The position numbers and the translations under genes were made by a program. From Nitrospirales bacterium (GTDB lineage: Bacteria; Nitrospirota; Nitrospiria; Nitrospirales; UBA8639), in the NCBI GenBank assembly GCA_963422365.1, contig OY729426.1, positions 1,760,001 through 1,824,000 of the forward strand: a stretch of 64,000 bases of DNA, in the 5' to 3' direction. The first letter of the stretch is position 1; each line of letters begins with the position of its first letter. The notes under the pieces are model-generated. The model had not been told where the DNA came from. It saw only the letters and a program-made list of their open reading frames with translations, and ran no database searches. Below, piece after piece: positions 62,597-64,000 of the stretch.

Positions 62597-62756
62597 GGCG
62601 GCAGAAGATGCCACCCTACGTAGTAGAATGACAGATGTTAGGTCCTTTCTAGGCCTTATAAGGCATGTCGGCCACAGCGGCGACCTGGGATGCGGCCGCA
62701 CCCAACGCACTCATCTAACGAAAATCTGATTGGAGCCGCGCGACCTTATCGCGCCC
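62597..62756. repeat. Degenerate REP-like palindromes
   Basis: 62597..62620 (minus strand cgtagggtggcatcttctgccgcc); 62731..62756 tggagccgcgcgaccttatcgcgccc resembles family B. Confidence 0.45.
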
Positions 62757-62779
62757 TTCCCTTTCACTCTCCCATCGAC

Positions 62780-63493
62780 ATGTCAGGATCGCGTATAAAA
62801 GTCGTGTTTTTTGATGCGGTTGGAACCCTGTTTCACGTTAAGGGGTCCGTAGGGGCTGTCTATCTTCATCATGCTGAAAAGTATGGAGTGCCGAATTCGG
62901 TTACGATGGTGACCAAGGTAAATCAGGCGTTTAAGGAAGCCTTTCTCCAAGCCCCCCCACCAATTTTTGTCGTTGAGCAACCGGAAAAATTAAAGCAATG
63001 CGAAAGGCTCTGGTGGTTTGATATTGTTCATGCGGTGTTTTATCGCGTTGGAATGTTTGACGGGTTTGATGACTACTTCGATGAAGTCTACGAAGCCTTT
63101 GGCACCGCGGATGCATGGGAAATCTATTCAGAAGTGCCTGAAGTTTTGCAGCAATTGCAATTGCAAGGATATGAGCTTGGGGTGATCTCCAACTTTGATA
63201 CGAGGTTTTTTGAAATTGTCCGGGGGTTACGGTTGGGTCACTTGTTCGATTCCATCACGATTTCCAGCATCGTAGGGTCGGCCAAACCGTCTCCAAAGAT
63301 TTTTCGGCATGCCTTAGACCAACACGTGATTGAGCCGGAAGAGGCCATGCATGTGGGTGATGATCATAAGGAAGATTTTGATGGGGCCACCAATGCTCAC
63401 TTATCGGGGGTGCTCCTTGATCGAGACAGTGAAGGGAAAGACGGAATACCCTGTATTTCCAATCTTAGGGATTTGTCGCGCGTTCTTCATTAA
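62780..63493 (+). CDS. HAD-IA family hydrolase
   Basis: FFDAVGTL, ISNFD, KPSP.IF, HVGD. Confidence 0.9.
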   Translation: MSGSRIKVVFFDAVGTLFHVKGSVGAVYLHHAEKYGVPNSVTMVTKVNQAFKEAFLQAPPPIFVVEQPEKLKQCERLWWFDIVHAVFYRVGMFDGFDDYFDEVYEAFGTADAWEIYSEVPEVLQQLQLQGYELGVISNFDTRFFEIVRGLRLGHLFDSITISSIVGSAKPSPKIFRHALDQHVIEPEEAMHVGDDHKEDFDGATNAHLSGVLLDRDSEGKDGIPCISNLRDLSRVLH

Positions 63494-63727
63494 ACCAGTG
63501 CCACGTGGTTCTATGCAGGGGCCTGCATTGAGAATTTTGGAAAAGCCCGCTTTTCCAAACGACGGATTTGTCCGCTTTCCTTGACGTCGGAAATTTCTGC
63601 CTGCTAAAGTTTTTCACAACTGCTTGGTTTTATTTGAGAAATTTTATAGATTCATAAAATAAGTACACAAAGTCAAAAAACTATTGATTAAACCTTTTAG
63701 TATGACTTGAATGTTGCGAGGAGTGTT

Positions 63728-64000
63728 ATGAAGGATTTTCTTGAGATAGATCGTGATCGTGTCCCGCAGTGGGATCGGTTTGTTGTCAGGGCCAAAGGTC
63801 TTGAAAAAGACTGGGGCGCCGGTGAAGATGCCGAGCAGGAAACGCTCCCGGATCCACCCACCGGCGTAAAGGTTGTCGCAGGCAATGGGTTTATTACGCT
63901 GAGTTGGGATTCGGTTCCTGATGCGATGTACTACAATGTCTATTATCAGACCTCTCAAGGGGTCAACATCAAGCCGAATGAACTGACTCGTCCGATTGCG
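63728..64000 (+). CDS. Fibronectin type III domain protein (runs off the window end)
   Basis: MKDFLEIDRD...PDPPTGVKVVAGNGFITLSWDSVPDAMYYNVYY; GAGGAG RBS. Confidence 0.75.
   Translation, partial: MKDFLEIDRDRVPQWDRFVVRAKGLEKDWGAGEDAEQETLPDPPTGVKVVAGNGFITLSWDSVPDAMYYNVYYQTSQGVNIKPNELTRPIA

Noticed and set aside
63536..63559. Perfect hairpin tttggaaaagc-cc-gcttttccaaa
   Set aside because: Could be a terminator or protein-binding palindrome, but it has no U tract or second copy, so function cannot be assigned.

Overview
Bacterial chromosome segment. The gene set (proteasome alpha fragment, coproheme-decarboxylase-type Cld family, PCP_red/Mrp pair) points to Nitrospirota, and the FN3/Ig-rich autotransporter and widespread gene decay suggest a host-associated lineage such as a sponge symbiont (inference). 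1-3.7 kb: a decayed defence-type island (DUF3644, HAD + HARE-HTH, tyrosine-recombinase and TIR remnants) punctuated by three orphan copies of the C-terminal tail of type IIG restriction-modification genes, two sharing an exact 40-bp core. 7.2-17.8 kb: a GC-rich block with Mu-like phage remnants (MuF/PBECR followed by a 76-nt cloverleaf-like structure), a truncated prcA, and a ~2300-codon autotransporter adhesin broken at two poly-C tracts and one other site. 18.7-25.4 kb: a cobalamin uptake/salvage cluster (btuFCD, btuB, pduO) with two B12 riboswitches. The rest is core genome: alr-frr-pyrH-tsf-rpsB, an atypical proA, tRNA-Met, chdC, recA-alaS-mltG, dnaJ-dnaK-grpE, coaX-birA-nadC-valS. It is interspersed with pseudogenes (cinA, thpR, rsmE), two paralogous outer-membrane beta-barrel genes, one IS5-like MITE and GTAG-type REP palindromes. 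All calls are from motif recognition by eye; no database searches were run.
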